DNA from: Methanobacteriota archaeon
GTDB lineage: Archaea > Thermoplasmatota > Thermoplasmata > UBA10834
Direction of reading: 5' to 3'
Assembly: GCA_020348345.1 (NCBI GenBank)
Contig: CP070748.1
Coordinates: 449,210 to 513,209 of the forward strand
DNA length: 64,000 bases
Under the pieces are notes generated by a model. The model ran no database searches and had not been told where the DNA came from. It saw only the letters and a list, made by a program, of their open reading frames with translations. Shown here piece by piece: positions 19,845 through 29,894 of the stretch; position 1 is the first letter of the stretch, and every line of letters starts with the position of its first letter. Both the position numbers and the translations under genes were made by a program.

Positions 19845-20219
19845 CTATGTCTTCTTCCTCTTCTTCTCCGCGTCCTCAATTGCCGCGAGAAGCTCCTCGA
19901 TCCTGAATGGCTTGAGAAGAAACCCCTTAGCTCCAGCTGCGAGAGCCTCTTTCTCTATGTGGAGGTCTGCACTTCCGAAGAAGATGGCGGCATCGGGGTT
20001 GATACGGAGGATCTCCTGAGTCGCACTAACGCCATCTCGGACAGGCATCCGCTGGTCCATGATGACCACGACAGGTTTCTCCTTCATCTTCTTGTACTTC
20101 CTGACCGCCTCCTCACCATCGGATGCGACTGCAACCACCTTGTGGCCGTGAGCTTCGAGGATGTCCCTGTACAGCTCAACAATGAATTTCTCGTCGTCTA
20201 CAAGGAAAACGGTGGCGAT
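19845..20219 (-). CDS. Single-domain response regulator (CheY-like)
   Basis: LVDDE, MDQRMP, FLLKPF; start placed at an ATC after GGAGGT (alternative TTG 20273). Confidence 0.85.
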   Translation of the reverse strand: MATVFLVDDEKFIVELYRDILEAHGHKVVAVASDGEEAVRKYKKMKEKPVVVIMDQRMPVRDGVSATQEILRINPDAAIFFGSADLHIEKEALAAGAKGFLLKPFRIEELLAAIEDAEKKRKKT

Positions 20220-20444
20220 GCTACAACCTCCACTTGAACCGCGAAATGATACGTCGTTTTGATGCCCCGACAATCACCAGACTGCTAGGATACGCAAATG
20301 GCCAGGCGGGATTATGCTAATTATACTGTAGCTTATATAATGATTTTCCTAATGTCGCGGAAGGCCTAAAACGCCCGCCAGTTGCCCCTCTGAGCCTGCT
20401 CAACACTTAAATATGAATACATGCCATTGAGCTTTCGGAGAATC

Positions 20445-20612
20445 ATGCCGAAGAACAAGAAGAACGAGGGATTTCACTCCGCCGCAGGTCTTATAAGGTA
20501 CTTCGATTCAGAGGATGACAAGGCGCTCAAGGTCAACCCCTGGGTTGTGGTCGGCCTCTGCATTGGGGTTTCGGCGCTAGTTCTGATCCTCGGCGCAATC
20601 TATCCGACCTGA
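20445..20612 (+). CDS. secG: Preprotein translocase subunit Sec61beta
   Basis: SAAGLIRYFD...KVNP followed by a single TM. Confidence 0.9.
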   Translation: MPKNKKNEGFHSAAGLIRYFDSEDDKALKVNPWVVVGLCIGVSALVLILGAIYPT

Positions 20613-20713
20613 TTCACGAGCGTTCTTGAGCAATAGGGCCGTAGAAAGGCTGGACGATGGGGCCTGTCACCGTTCATATCTGTACGTTGCAAGTTCGAAA
20701 TCTGACGAAAGGA

Positions 20714-20911
20714 ATAAATATAATCGCCGCGCTCGCTCGACCGCTCGAGGCGTCGAACATGGTGAACAGGACGGCCGTGTTTGGTAGTCTTCATGCGTGA
20801 ACTCGCATGCATCAGTCCGACCTCTCGAGCTGTTGTTTGTCCGATGCAGAGGCCTAGCGGAAGCCACGTAGTTGGGGAAACTGCTTCGGCTAGCGATGGA
20901 TAGATGGAGGG
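20714..20911 (+). promoter_or_regulatory. his operon promoter and structured leader with a 13-codon uORF
   Basis: ATAAATATAA at 20714; uORF 20759-20800; three stem-loops before the GGAGG RBS. Confidence 0.45.
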
Positions 20912-21784
20912 ATGATGTTGACGTTGATGAGGATAGCTATACCGAACAAGGGAAGGCTGAGCCAACCTGCAGTTAAGCTCATGAACAGCATCGGCTTGCC
21001 AATGCCAGATTCCGGCAGCAGGACATTGATTGCAGAGTTTCGAAAAGGCAGATACCAGATACTTCTTGCGAGGGCACAGGACATACCTGAGTTCATCGAG
21101 ATGGGTGTTGCGGATCTCGGCATCACCGGTCTGGACCTGATATTGGAGACCGGAATGGATGTAAGCAAGGTCATGGAGCTCGACTTTGGTCGATGCAGAC
21201 TTGTTGCAGCGGTCCCTGAGGAATCGAAGATCATGAACGCGTCCGAGGTGAAGGATGGAAGCACTGTCGCCACCGCTTTCCCACAGCTCACGAAGAAATA
21301 CTTCGAGAAGCTCGGAAAGAAGGTGAAGATCGCTGGAGTGACAGGTGCCACGGAGGTCGCTCCAAAGATAGGTTTGGCTGACGTCATAACCGACCTCACT
21401 GAGACCGGTTCAACACTCAAACTCAATCATCTCCGAGAGGTGGGAGTAATGCTTGACTCCGTAGCCGTGCTCATTGCGAACAAGGAATCACTTGAGAAGA
21501 AGAAGGAGCGAATACAGGAGATAGTCAGCGCTATAGACAGCGTCATAGGCGCATCGAAGAAGAGGTATCTCATGGCAAATGTCCCCCGAAGCACACTGCC
21601 GAACCTCGAAAGCCTCCTGCCGGGCGTCTCCGGTCCAACGATAATGGATATCATCGGTCGGAAAGATATGGTTGCTATCCACGCTGTGGTCAACGAAGAC
21701 GAGGTGAACGGAATAATCGCCATTCTGAAGGATATTGGAGGCACTGGCATACTGATTTGCCCTATCGAAAGGATGGTATTGTGA
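20912..21784 (+). CDS. hisG: ATP phosphoribosyltransferase (long form)
   Basis: IAIPNKGRL, RAQDIP, GATE, DLTETGSTL, C-terminal regulatory domain. Confidence 0.96.
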   Translation: MMLTLMRIAIPNKGRLSQPAVKLMNSIGLPMPDSGSRTLIAEFRKGRYQILLARAQDIPEFIEMGVADLGITGLDLILETGMDVSKVMELDFGRCRLVAAVPEESKIMNASEVKDGSTVATAFPQLTKKYFEKLGKKVKIAGVTGATEVAPKIGLADVITDLTETGSTLKLNHLREVGVMLDSVAVLIANKESLEKKKERIQEIVSAIDSVIGASKKRYLMANVPRSTLPNLESLLPGVSGPTIMDIIGRKDMVAIHAVVNEDEVNGIIAILKDIGGTGILICPIERMVL

Positions 21785-21785
21785 G

Positions 21786-23072
21786 ATGTTGTCGTACGAC
21801 GTGGAGTCCGCTTCCATTGAAGAAATCGAACAGATAATGCGTCGCGGCCAGGCATCATTTCAGAGGTCCATCGAGCGAGCACGCACAATCGTCGAGGAGG
21901 TCCGCAAGGAAGGCGACGCAGCTGCCGTGCGATATGCACGCAAATATGACGGATTTGAGGGGCGCTCGTTCGCGGTTCCCGCCAAATGCATTGAAACCGC
22001 TCCGTCTCGCTTGCCACAACAGTTGGTTTCAGCGCTGAAGGAAAGCGCTAGACGAATTGCTGCGTACCATGAGAAGCAGATACCGGAAGAGTTCGAGTTC
22101 AAGGATTCGTGTGGCGTGTTGGGCCAGAAAGTAGTTGCGTTGGGTCGCGTGGGAATATACGCTCCCGGTGGCACTGCAAGCTACGCCTCGTCGGTATTGA
22201 TGGCCGCGGTCCCTGCAAGGGTTGCGGGCGTCAAGGAGATAATACTCTGCACCCCGCCTGGAAACGGCTGCGTTGATAACTCAATACTGGCAGCAGCAAA
22301 CATCGTTGGCATCAAGGAGGTCTATTCTATTGGAGGCGCTCAGGCCGTAGCCGCAATGGCATATGGAACCGAGACAATCAGGAGGGTTGACAAGATAGTG
22401 GGCCCGGGCGGTGCCATCGTGACAGCCGCGAAGCAACTTGTCAGAAAGGACTGCGACATAGATTTCCTGGCCGGTCCGTCGGAAGTTTTGATTATAGCAG
22501 ACAGCAACTCGGACTCCAATCTCTTGGCAAGTGAGATGCTCGCCCAGCTTGAACACGATACAGACGCTGTCGCCGTTTTGCTCTCCACCTCGAAGTCGAT
22601 CATCGAAGAAACCAAAAATCGATTCGAGGAAATGGCTAAAGGCGCTGGAAGGAGGCAGATCATAAGGAAGGCCGCAGAGAAGGGCGCGATCTTCCTGAGG
22701 GTTCGCAGCCTGCAGCAAGCTCTGCAGGTGTCTAACGACTTCGCTCCGGAACACCTTGTGATAGACACGAGGGAGCCTTGGTCACTGCTTGACGGAGTGA
22801 AAGCTGCCGGTTCCGTATTCCTTGGTCGCTGGTCGTCAGTCGCCTTCGGCGACTACTGTTCCGGCACCAATCATGTGTTGCCAACTATGGGCATGGCCCG
22901 GTCGAGCTCTGCTCTGTCGGTCAGCGATTTTGTGAAGATCGTTCCATATCAACAGATAACTCGTAAAGGCGCTGGTAGGTTGGCTCCTATTGCGGTATCT
23001 CTGGCCGAGGCCGAGGGATTAACGGCTCACGCGTCTGCGGCGAAAGCAAGAATACACGGTGGTGACGAATGA
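21786..23072 (+). CDS. hisD: Histidinol dehydrogenase
   Basis: GGAQAVAAMAYG, AGPSE, AQLEH, APEHL, GTNHVLPT. Confidence 0.96.
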   Translation: MLSYDVESASIEEIEQIMRRGQASFQRSIERARTIVEEVRKEGDAAAVRYARKYDGFEGRSFAVPAKCIETAPSRLPQQLVSALKESARRIAAYHEKQIPEEFEFKDSCGVLGQKVVALGRVGIYAPGGTASYASSVLMAAVPARVAGVKEIILCTPPGNGCVDNSILAAANIVGIKEVYSIGGAQAVAAMAYGTETIRRVDKIVGPGGAIVTAAKQLVRKDCDIDFLAGPSEVLIIADSNSDSNLLASEMLAQLEHDTDAVAVLLSTSKSIIEETKNRFEEMAKGAGRRQIIRKAAEKGAIFLRVRSLQQALQVSNDFAPEHLVIDTREPWSLLDGVKAAGSVFLGRWSSVAFGDYCSGTNHVLPTMGMARSSSALSVSDFVKIVPYQQITRKGAGRLAPIAVSLAEAEGLTAHASAAKARIHGGDE

Positions 23073-24133
23073 CTTCCATTGGTGAGTTGAAAAGACGAAC
23101 GCTTGAATCGCTCAGCCGCCCTTCTTATTCTCTCAGGGATACCGAGCTGCTGATAATGAACAACAACGCAAACCTGTTCGGCATCAACCCCGCCGTGGAG
23201 GAAGTGGCAGAATCGTTTGACTTCGAGAAGCTGTGGGCCTACCCGAGCGAAGACTCCGATAACCTCAGGAACAGAATCGCATCTGATCTATCGGTTTCGC
23301 CCGACGAGATAATCGTTGGAAACGGCTCTGACGAACTCCTTGATATCGTATCAAAGACTTTCATCAATCCCGGAGATGTATTCTGCCAGGTAACTCCGAC
23401 ATTCAGGATGTACAAGTTCTACGCTGTGGTCAACATGGCGAGCGTGAAGGAGAAGGTGTTGTCCAATGGATTCACGCTGCCAGTACAGGAGATCATCGAC
23501 GAGCAGGCCAAAATCATCGCTCTGTGTCAACCCAACAACCCCACAGGCAATCTGTTTGCCAGAGGAGATGTCAAGCGTGTGCTGGACGAAAGCCCCGGCA
23601 TAGCGCTCGTGGATGAGGCTTACAACGATTTCTGTGGTTCCAACATGATCGATGAGGTGATGGAGTGCGAACGCGGAATCGATGTAAGAACCTTCTCAAA
23701 AGCCTATGGTCTCGCCGGCCTCAGGGCGGGATATGCGATAGCCAGAAAGGAGATCGTGAATGAGTTGAGGCGGGTGCGCACGCCTTTTGGCCTGAACGCC
23801 TTCACGGAGGCGGTGGCTGTGGCCGCGCTAGATCACAGAGATTGGGTCGATTCAAAGGTGCAGGAGATGAAATCTGAGCGGAAGTATCTCTCAGACAGGA
23901 TGACCAAGCTCGGCTTCACTGTGTATCCGTCGGAATGCAATTTCATCCTCTGCAAGTCGCCCATTAGAAGCGCGGATCTCGTGAGTTCACTCATGGAGAA
24001 GAAAGTGGCAATCAGGGACTTCGGATCGTATCCTATGCTGGATGATCACGTTAGGGTGACCATAGGGCCGAGGGAATACATGGACGTTCTGTTGGAGGCC
24101 GTCGAGCCAATGGTTGGCGGAAATCAACCATGA
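23069..24133 (+). CDS. hisC: Histidinol-phosphate aminotransferase
   Basis: GNGSDE, PNNPTG, DEAY, RTFSKAYGLAGLR. Confidence 0.95.
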   Translation: MTSIGELKRRTLESLSRPSYSLRDTELLIMNNNANLFGINPAVEEVAESFDFEKLWAYPSEDSDNLRNRIASDLSVSPDEIIVGNGSDELLDIVSKTFINPGDVFCQVTPTFRMYKFYAVVNMASVKEKVLSNGFTLPVQEIIDEQAKIIALCQPNNPTGNLFARGDVKRVLDESPGIALVDEAYNDFCGSNMIDEVMECERGIDVRTFSKAYGLAGLRAGYAIARKEIVNELRRVRTPFGLNAFTEAVAVAALDHRDWVDSKVQEMKSERKYLSDRMTKLGFTVYPSECNFILCKSPIRSADLVSSLMEKKVAIRDFGSYPMLDDHVRVTIGPREYMDVLLEAVEPMVGGNQP

Positions 24134-24729
24134 AGATAGCAATCGTTGACTACGGCGTAGGAAATCTACACAGCATATCGAAAGGACTTGAGCGAGCGGG
24201 GGCAGAGGCTCGTATTTCGTCCTCTCCAGACGAAATCGCGGAGGCGGAGTGCATCATCTTCCCTGGCGTGGGAGCGTTCGGAGCTGCTATGGACGTTCTC
24301 CGACCCGCAGCTGGCGCGATAAGATCGGCAATAGAGGGTGGAACGCCGACGCTCGGCATTTGCCTTGGTATGCAGGTGCTTTTCGAGAAGAGCGAAGAAT
24401 CTCCTGGCGACGGTTTGTCTGTGTTCAAGGGAACGGTCAGGCGGCTCAACGCTCCAAGGGTCCCTCACATGGGTTGGAACAACGTGTCTCACACGGATGA
24501 CGATGTATTCAACGGGATCAGCGGTGATGCGCAGTTCTACTTCGCCAATTCGTTCGTATGCGATCCGACCGAAAAGGTCACGATATGTGAGACAGTATAC
24601 GGTGAGAGGTTTCCTGCAGCGGTCAGGAAAGGCGTCATGTTCGGAACTCAGTTCCATCCGGAGAAGAGCGGCGAACCGGGTCTGAGACTACTCGCCAATT
24701 TCATCAGAATCTCGGAGGAATGCAGATGA
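24130..24729 (+). CDS. hisH: Imidazole glycerol phosphate synthase, glutaminase subunit
   Basis: GICLGMQ, PHMGWN, QFHPEKS. Confidence 0.96.
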   Translation: MKIAIVDYGVGNLHSISKGLERAGAEARISSSPDEIAEAECIIFPGVGAFGAAMDVLRPAAGAIRSAIEGGTPTLGICLGMQVLFEKSEESPGDGLSVFKGTVRRLNAPRVPHMGWNNVSHTDDDVFNGISGDAQFYFANSFVCDPTEKVTICETVYGERFPAAVRKGVMFGTQFHPEKSGEPGLRLLANFIRISEECR

Positions 24730-25436
24730 AGATCATACCCGCGGTCGATATAAGGGGTGGTAAGGTCGTTCAGCTCGTTGGCGGGAAGCCAGGAACAGAA
24801 CGTTTCGCCATCGAGGATGCTACAGGAATTGCCCGTAGGTGGCAGGATGATGGTGCTGAGATAATACACATCATTGACCTCGACTCTGCAATGGGGGTCG
24901 GCAACAACGAAGAGCTGATTGAAAACATAATCGGCGCCTTGTCGATACCCGTCCAGGTGGGTGGAGGAATCAGGACCGCCGAGAAGGTACACAGGCTCTT
25001 TGAGATTGGCTGCGAGAGAGTCATTATGGGCACCCGGGCGATTCAGGAGAGGTCGTTCGCTGAGGAGATGTCGAGGCAGTACCCTGATGGCATTGTAGTC
25101 GCGCTCGACTCCGTTGCTGACAAGGTTCTCATCAAGGGATGGCAGGAGAGTTCGGGCAAGGATACCTACGCTGTGGCAAAGGACATCGAGACTCTGCCGA
25201 TATGGGGATTCCTGTTCACGAATGTAGAAGTCGAGGGACGACTGGAGGGAATAGATCCTATTTACATCGAGAAATTCATGAATACGACGAGGAAGCCCGT
25301 GATTGTATCTGGGGGCATCACGACTCGAGCCGACATAGAGACGCTCCAGCAGATGGGAGTGGATTCAGTCGTCGTTGGAATGGCAATCTATACCGGACGT
25401 ATCAACTTCAGGAGAGTCGTGAGGGAATTTTCATGA
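24726..25436 (+). CDS. hisA: ProFAR isomerase
   Basis: IIPAVDI, QVGGGIR; ATGA overlap. Confidence 0.95.
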   Translation: MKIIPAVDIRGGKVVQLVGGKPGTERFAIEDATGIARRWQDDGAEIIHIIDLDSAMGVGNNEELIENIIGALSIPVQVGGGIRTAEKVHRLFEIGCERVIMGTRAIQERSFAEEMSRQYPDGIVVALDSVADKVLIKGWQESSGKDTYAVAKDIETLPIWGFLFTNVEVEGRLEGIDPIYIEKFMNTTRKPVIVSGGITTRADIETLQQMGVDSVVVGMAIYTGRINFRRVVREFS

Positions 25437-25999
25437 CTTCGGATGCGCCTAAACGCAGATCAAGCTTAACCAGGGAAACAAGAGAGACAAAGGTGCAGGT
25501 CAGTCTTGTCATTGAAGGCGAGGGGAATATCAAATGCGATGTCCCAGACGAATTCCTTCGCCATATGGTCGAAACGTTGGCGAGATACTCCGGAGTTGAT
25601 ATGGACATCTCGGCCAGCGGCGACTTGGAGCACCATCTAGCTGAGGATGTGGCCATAACCATGGGACGCGCCTACAGGGAAGCCATCGGGAATGCTCCCA
25701 TCAGGAGAATTGCGAGCGCCGTTGTGCCTATGGATGAGGCGTTGGTCCAGGCAACGATCGACATCATTGACCGCCCGTATGCGCACTTGGAACTGCCCGA
25801 TGAGACATACTCACACTTCGTGAGATCATTCGCCATGGAATTAAGGGCGACCGTGCATACAGTCGTGCTGCGAGGGAAGGATGAGCACCACATCATAGAG
25901 GCGACGTTCAAAGCGCTTGGCAAGGCGCTCCATGAGGCCATGTCCAGAACGGGATCCATTCTCTCGACGAAATCGTCAGTCAAATGGGGTGTGGAATGA
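25433..25999 (+). CDS. hisB: Imidazoleglycerol-phosphate dehydratase
   Basis: RETRET, HHLAED, PMDE, HHIIEA. Confidence 0.95.
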   Translation: MTSDAPKRRSSLTRETRETKVQVSLVIEGEGNIKCDVPDEFLRHMVETLARYSGVDMDISASGDLEHHLAEDVAITMGRAYREAIGNAPIRRIASAVVPMDEALVQATIDIIDRPYAHLELPDETYSHFVRSFAMELRATVHTVVLRGKDEHHIIEATFKALGKALHEAMSRTGSILSTKSSVKWGVE

Positions 26000-26763
26000 T
26001 GCCGCTCACGAAGAGGATAATACCCTGCTTGGACGTCAAGGACGGGGTTGTGGTTAAGGGGGTACGGTTCAAGGGCCTGACCGATGTGGGAGATCCTCCA
26101 ACGCTCGCAGTGAAGTATCAGGAACAGGGAGCTGATGAGATAGTGTTTCTGGATGTCAAAGCCTCGTTAGCAGGAGTCGAGACGTTAAGGGCGGCTGTCC
26201 AGAAGACAGCCGAGCAGCTCTTTGTGCCGCTCACAGTCGGAGGTGGGGTCCGAACGTTCGAGGATGTCAGAAAGATGCTGCGCGTCGGGGCAGACAAGGT
26301 CTCCATGAACACGGCGGCCGTATCGAACCCGTCACTGATAACCGAGTGTGCCGAGGCCTTCGGGAGCCAGTGTGTCGTTGTGGCGATTGATGCGAAGCGC
26401 GACGGGGACAGCTGGGAGGTCCACACCCACTCAGGCACAAGACCATCTCGGCTGGATGCAATCGAATGGGCCAAAGGGGTCTGCGAAGCAGGCGCGGGGG
26501 AGATTCTGCTGACCAGCATGGATTGCGACGGAGTCAGAGGCGGTTACGATATCGAACTCACCAGAAGAGTTGCCAGAAGCGTGAGCGTTCCTGTGATTGC
26601 GTCCGGCGGATGTGGCAGCATGGAGCACATAGCCGATGTGCTTTCTGAGGGCGAGGCGGATGCAGCGCTAGCGGCATCCATTTTCCATTACGACGAGCAT
26701 ACGGTTCTTGATGTTAAGAAGATGCTCGCTTCAAAGGGTATCCCCGTGAGGTGGTTTGGTTGA
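25996..26763 (+). CDS. hisF: Imidazole glycerol phosphate synthase, cyclase subunit
   Basis: [26 protein letters not shown]. Confidence 0.96.
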   Translation: MMPLTKRIIPCLDVKDGVVVKGVRFKGLTDVGDPPTLAVKYQEQGADEIVFLDVKASLAGVETLRAAVQKTAEQLFVPLTVGGGVRTFEDVRKMLRVGADKVSMNTAAVSNPSLITECAEAFGSQCVVVAIDAKRDGDSWEVHTHSGTRPSRLDAIEWAKGVCEAGAGEILLTSMDCDGVRGGYDIELTRRVARSVSVPVIASGGCGSMEHIADVLSEGEADAALAASIFHYDEHTVLDVKKMLASKGIPVRWFG

Positions 26764-27338
26764 ATCAAAGCAATGATCTGATGCCGGTAGTGGTTCAGGA
26801 TGTGAAGAACAACAACGTCTTGATGGTGGCGTTTACGAACGAAGAGGCGATGGAACTCACTAAGAAGACTGGCTATATGCACTACTGGAGCCGCTCCAAG
26901 CAGCGGATATGGAAGAAGGGCGGGACATCAGGCAATGTCCAGAAAGTGGTCGAGATACTTGGTGACTGTGATCACGACGCCATACTGGCGAGGGTTGAGC
27001 AGACCGGTGTTGCGTGTCATAATGGAACCTATTCCTGCTTCTTCAAGGATCCCTTGCCACCTAACGATATCATCTCCGAACTGTGGAGTGTGTTCGAAGA
27101 ACGCAGGAAGAGTCAATGCGAGTCTTCGTACACTTGCAGGCTCTTCAAGAACCGGAACCTACTGCTGAAGAAGATAGCGGAAGAGAGTTCCGAGGTCATT
27201 ATCGCCGCGAAGGACGGCAAGCGCGAGGAGGTAGTGAACGAGATGGCCGATCTCATGTACCACTTGATGGTCCTTCTCTTCGATGAGCGGATACCGATAC
27301 AGGACGTGTATCGTGAGCTGGAGGTAAGGAGGAAATGA
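26751..27338 (+). CDS. hisIE: Bifunctional PR-AMP cyclohydrolase / PR-ATP pyrophosphatase
   Basis: YWSRS, DCDHD, ACH..SCF; [14 protein letters not shown]. Confidence 0.94.
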   Translation: MVWLNQSNDLMPVVVQDVKNNNVLMVAFTNEEAMELTKKTGYMHYWSRSKQRIWKKGGTSGNVQKVVEILGDCDHDAILARVEQTGVACHNGTYSCFFKDPLPPNDIISELWSVFEERRKSQCESSYTCRLFKNRNLLLKKIAEESSEVIIAAKDGKREEVVNEMADLMYHLMVLLFDERIPIQDVYRELEVRRK

Positions 27339-28003
27339 GGGCAAGACGGTGCGACTTCCACACTCACACCACCTTCAGCGACGGCGCCCTTATCCCAATG
27401 GAACTCATACGACGAGTTGCCGTTGGCGATCACCGAGCCGTTGCCATCACGGACCACGTTTCCTTCTCGAACGTAGAGTGGGTCGTTCCTCAGGTCGCTA
27501 AAGATTGCGCCAGGGCAGACGCCTGGGACATCATCGCTATCCCTGGCGCCGAGATAACTCACGTCCCTGTGAAGTACATTGACGAGGCGGTCAGACTCGC
27601 ACGCAAAGCGGGTGCAGAGCTCATAATCGTGCATGGGGAGACGTCTGTGGAACCCGTCGAGCAGGGCACGAATGCAGCCGCTGCGGCTAACCCGGACGTC
27701 GATATTCTGGCTCATCCGGGAATGCTATCCTCAGAGGATGCGGAGGCTGCTGCAGACAACGGAGTCTATCTGGAATTGTCGTGCAGGAAGGGGCATTCGC
27801 GGTCAAATGGCCATGTGGCGTCGGTCGCGAAGGCCGTTGGCGCAAAGATTCTGGTCAACACCGATATGCACTCCCCCGAGGACATAAGCACAATGGCATC
27901 GGCGACCTCAGTAGCTCGGGGCGCGGGGCAGGATCCCGAGGCCGTCAGGGAGGCACTCGTCACGAACACCGAGGCGTTGCTCCGCAAACTCGGACACGCC
28001 TGA
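27335..28003 (+). CDS. PHP-family phosphatase, probable histidinol-phosphatase
   Basis: DFHTHT..SDG, ITDH, ILAHP, NTDMH; last gene of the his operon. Confidence 0.82.
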   Translation: MRARRCDFHTHTTFSDGALIPMELIRRVAVGDHRAVAITDHVSFSNVEWVVPQVAKDCARADAWDIIAIPGAEITHVPVKYIDEAVRLARKAGAELIIVHGETSVEPVEQGTNAAAAANPDVDILAHPGMLSSEDAEAAADNGVYLELSCRKGHSRSNGHVASVAKAVGAKILVNTDMHSPEDISTMASATSVARGAGQDPEAVREALVTNTEALLRKLGHA

Positions 28004-28005
28004 TG

Positions 28006-28040
28006 CGGTGATTATTAGAATCACCGTAATTTCCTAATAA
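28006..28040. promoter_or_regulatory. Hairpin overlapping a candidate NikR-type operator
   Basis: CGGTGATT-N5-AATCACCG (28006-28026) and TTATTAG-N15-CTAATAA (28012-28040), next to a TATA-like element at about 28042-28050. Confidence 0.5.
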
Positions 28041-28070
28041 CTATGATATAGCCTGAGCGTTCTTCAAAGG

Positions 28071-28472
28071 GTGAACGTAATGATAGTTAGCTTATCCATA
28101 CCAGAGGAGCTGCTCGTAAGATTCGATGATGTGCTGAAGTCAAAAGGCTTCAACTCAAGATCCGACGCGGCAAGGGAGGCAATGCGCTCGTTTGTGGATG
28201 AGGCGGAGTGGGAAAGCCAGGACGGCGACAATCAGCTCGTGATTACGGCGATCTACAGGGAGCACGGTCCCCGAGGCGAGCTCTCCGTTCTCCAACATCG
28301 ATACGAGGAGATACGGATGATGCTACACCTTCACCTCGAACGCGATCAATGCATGGAGCTCATAATCGCCAGAGGGCCTAATTCCGTCCTCAAGGAGATT
28401 CTGACGAAGGTCAGGAAGGTAAGGGGCATCCGGTCCATCCGATTCATCTCCACCTCACTTCCAGTTGGGTAG
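28071..28472 (+). CDS. nikR: NikR-like RHH/ACT metal-responsive regulator
   Basis: IVSLSIP..RSDAAREA RHH domain; QH..HLHL...CME metal ligands. Confidence 0.82.
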   Translation: MNVMIVSLSIPEELLVRFDDVLKSKGFNSRSDAAREAMRSFVDEAEWESQDGDNQLVITAIYREHGPRGELSVLQHRYEEIRMMLHLHLERDQCMELIIARGPNSVLKEILTKVRKVRGIRSIRFISTSLPVG

Positions 28473-28496
28473 TCGGAGAGGAGGCAGCCACCTCTC

Positions 28497-29702
28497 TCAC
28501 AAGATGGGGAACCAACCGCACGTGAGTGCATTCCACTCGTACAAGAAGTCCCCCCACGCCGTTTCGGAGGCGAACGGGACATTCGTCATGTAGTCCTCCC
28601 AGTAATATCTCCACTCCCAGTTATGGAATCCCCAGTACAGGGTCACGCCGCCGCAATCGGCCTTCTCCTCAGGGTTGTACATCGCGATGACCGAGTCAGA
28701 GATGCATTCCATCATCTCCTCGGTAGCGTCAATCAGCTCCTGGTCGCCAGCTATGGCCTCCATCGATATCAGGTGCCTGCCGAAGTCTACCATGTCAACC
28801 TGATAGTGCGGTATGCACGATACCCACTCACAGTCCCGCAGTACCATCCGATAGTCGTAGCGATAGGATTCCAGCCTATCCAGCATCAAGTCTGCCCAGT
28901 CGCCTATCACGCCCACGTTGTCGTGGATCGCACTAGTGTCGATTGCGCTAAGTGTCGCATACCATCCCCAGGTGATCTCTGAGTAGTAGGCCGCCCATCC
29001 GTCGATCATGTCAGACGCAACCAGTGCTGGCTCTCTGGATGGATCCTGAACGACAGGGGCGAACATAAGGTCGTATGGGAATCCGTTGCCCGCGACAAGC
29101 TCCTCCGACGCAACTACGATATCCACCAGCCCCGTCGTCGCTACTGAGTAGATGGTCTCGACGCTCGCCATCGCACAGGCATCGAAGGCGATGATGTCTA
29201 TGTGAACCTGCGCACCGACGATTGCCGCATAAAGCTCGTCGAGGTACATCCAGTCGTCCGATGTGTAGTCCCCGCAGAAGCCGTTCCATGCGCTTCCGTG
29301 GTCCCAGGCAATCACAACGAGATGATCCGAAGGGTATCTCGCAGTCACGTCGGACAACGCCCATTGTAGCGTTTCGTCATCGGCGAAGTTCATCTCTTCC
29401 AGAGTCTCGATGGCCTGCCATTCTCCACCTTCTACTTCGATTATCTGCGTTCCCTGTGTGCTCATGAGGTCCACATACGCGACGAACTCAACGTTGTCCG
29501 TCGCCGGAAGATTGAGGAGCATGGCGAGGCTTGCTTTGTCCCAGTAACTCTCAAGATCATTATCAGCCGCAACATATAGCATAACAGTCCAAGTATCCTG
29601 GTTGCTCGCTAATGAGCTCTGCTTTCCCTGGACAACACCCGCTGTAAGAAGCGAACTCACAGTAAGTATTGCCGCAAATCCGAGAATCCTCTTTGTGTTC
29701 AA
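28497..29702 (-). CDS. Secreted clostripain-family (C11) cysteine peptidase
   Basis: Signal peptide, WTVMLYVAADNDLE, WDHG, FDAC, ASEE. Confidence 0.9.
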   Translation of the reverse strand: MNTKRILGFAAILTVSSLLTAGVVQGKQSSLASNQDTWTVMLYVAADNDLESYWDKASLAMLLNLPATDNVEFVAYVDLMSTQGTQIIEVEGGEWQAIETLEEMNFADDETLQWALSDVTARYPSDHLVVIAWDHGSAWNGFCGDYTSDDWMYLDELYAAIVGAQVHIDIIAFDACAMASVETIYSVATTGLVDIVVASEELVAGNGFPYDLMFAPVVQDPSREPALVASDMIDGWAAYYSEITWGWYATLSAIDTSAIHDNVGVIGDWADLMLDRLESYRYDYRMVLRDCEWVSCIPHYQVDMVDFGRHLISMEAIAGDQELIDATEEMMECISDSVIAMYNPEEKADCGGVTLYWGFHNWEWRYYWEDYMTNVPFASETAWGDFLYEWNALTCGWFPIL

Positions 29703-29850
29703 TACGCTCCCCCCGAATCAGCATCTGAGTCCGATACTGACTCACACTCGATGCTCGAGGTTGTAGAAAAGGTTTGCCTACGTCAGAGTATTTAAGCAAT
29801 CATCGCAAGCAGTTGGCGTAACTGGCGAATTGAGGATGGAAAAAGGTAGG

Positions 29851-29871
29851 AAGGGGGCGGAGCCCCTTTTT
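29851..29871 (-). terminator. Hairpin terminator candidate after the second clostripain gene
   Basis: AAGGGG/CCCCTT stem followed by a pyrimidine/T run on the minus strand. Confidence 0.5.
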
Positions 29872-29894
29872 CGGTTGTTTGTATGCACAGCCCC

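Noticed and set aside
20613-20911. RNase P RNA or SRP RNA in the ~300-nt gap
   Set aside because: I could not find the RNase P GAGGAAAGTCC motif or the SRP helix-8 signature; treated as a promoter plus leader.
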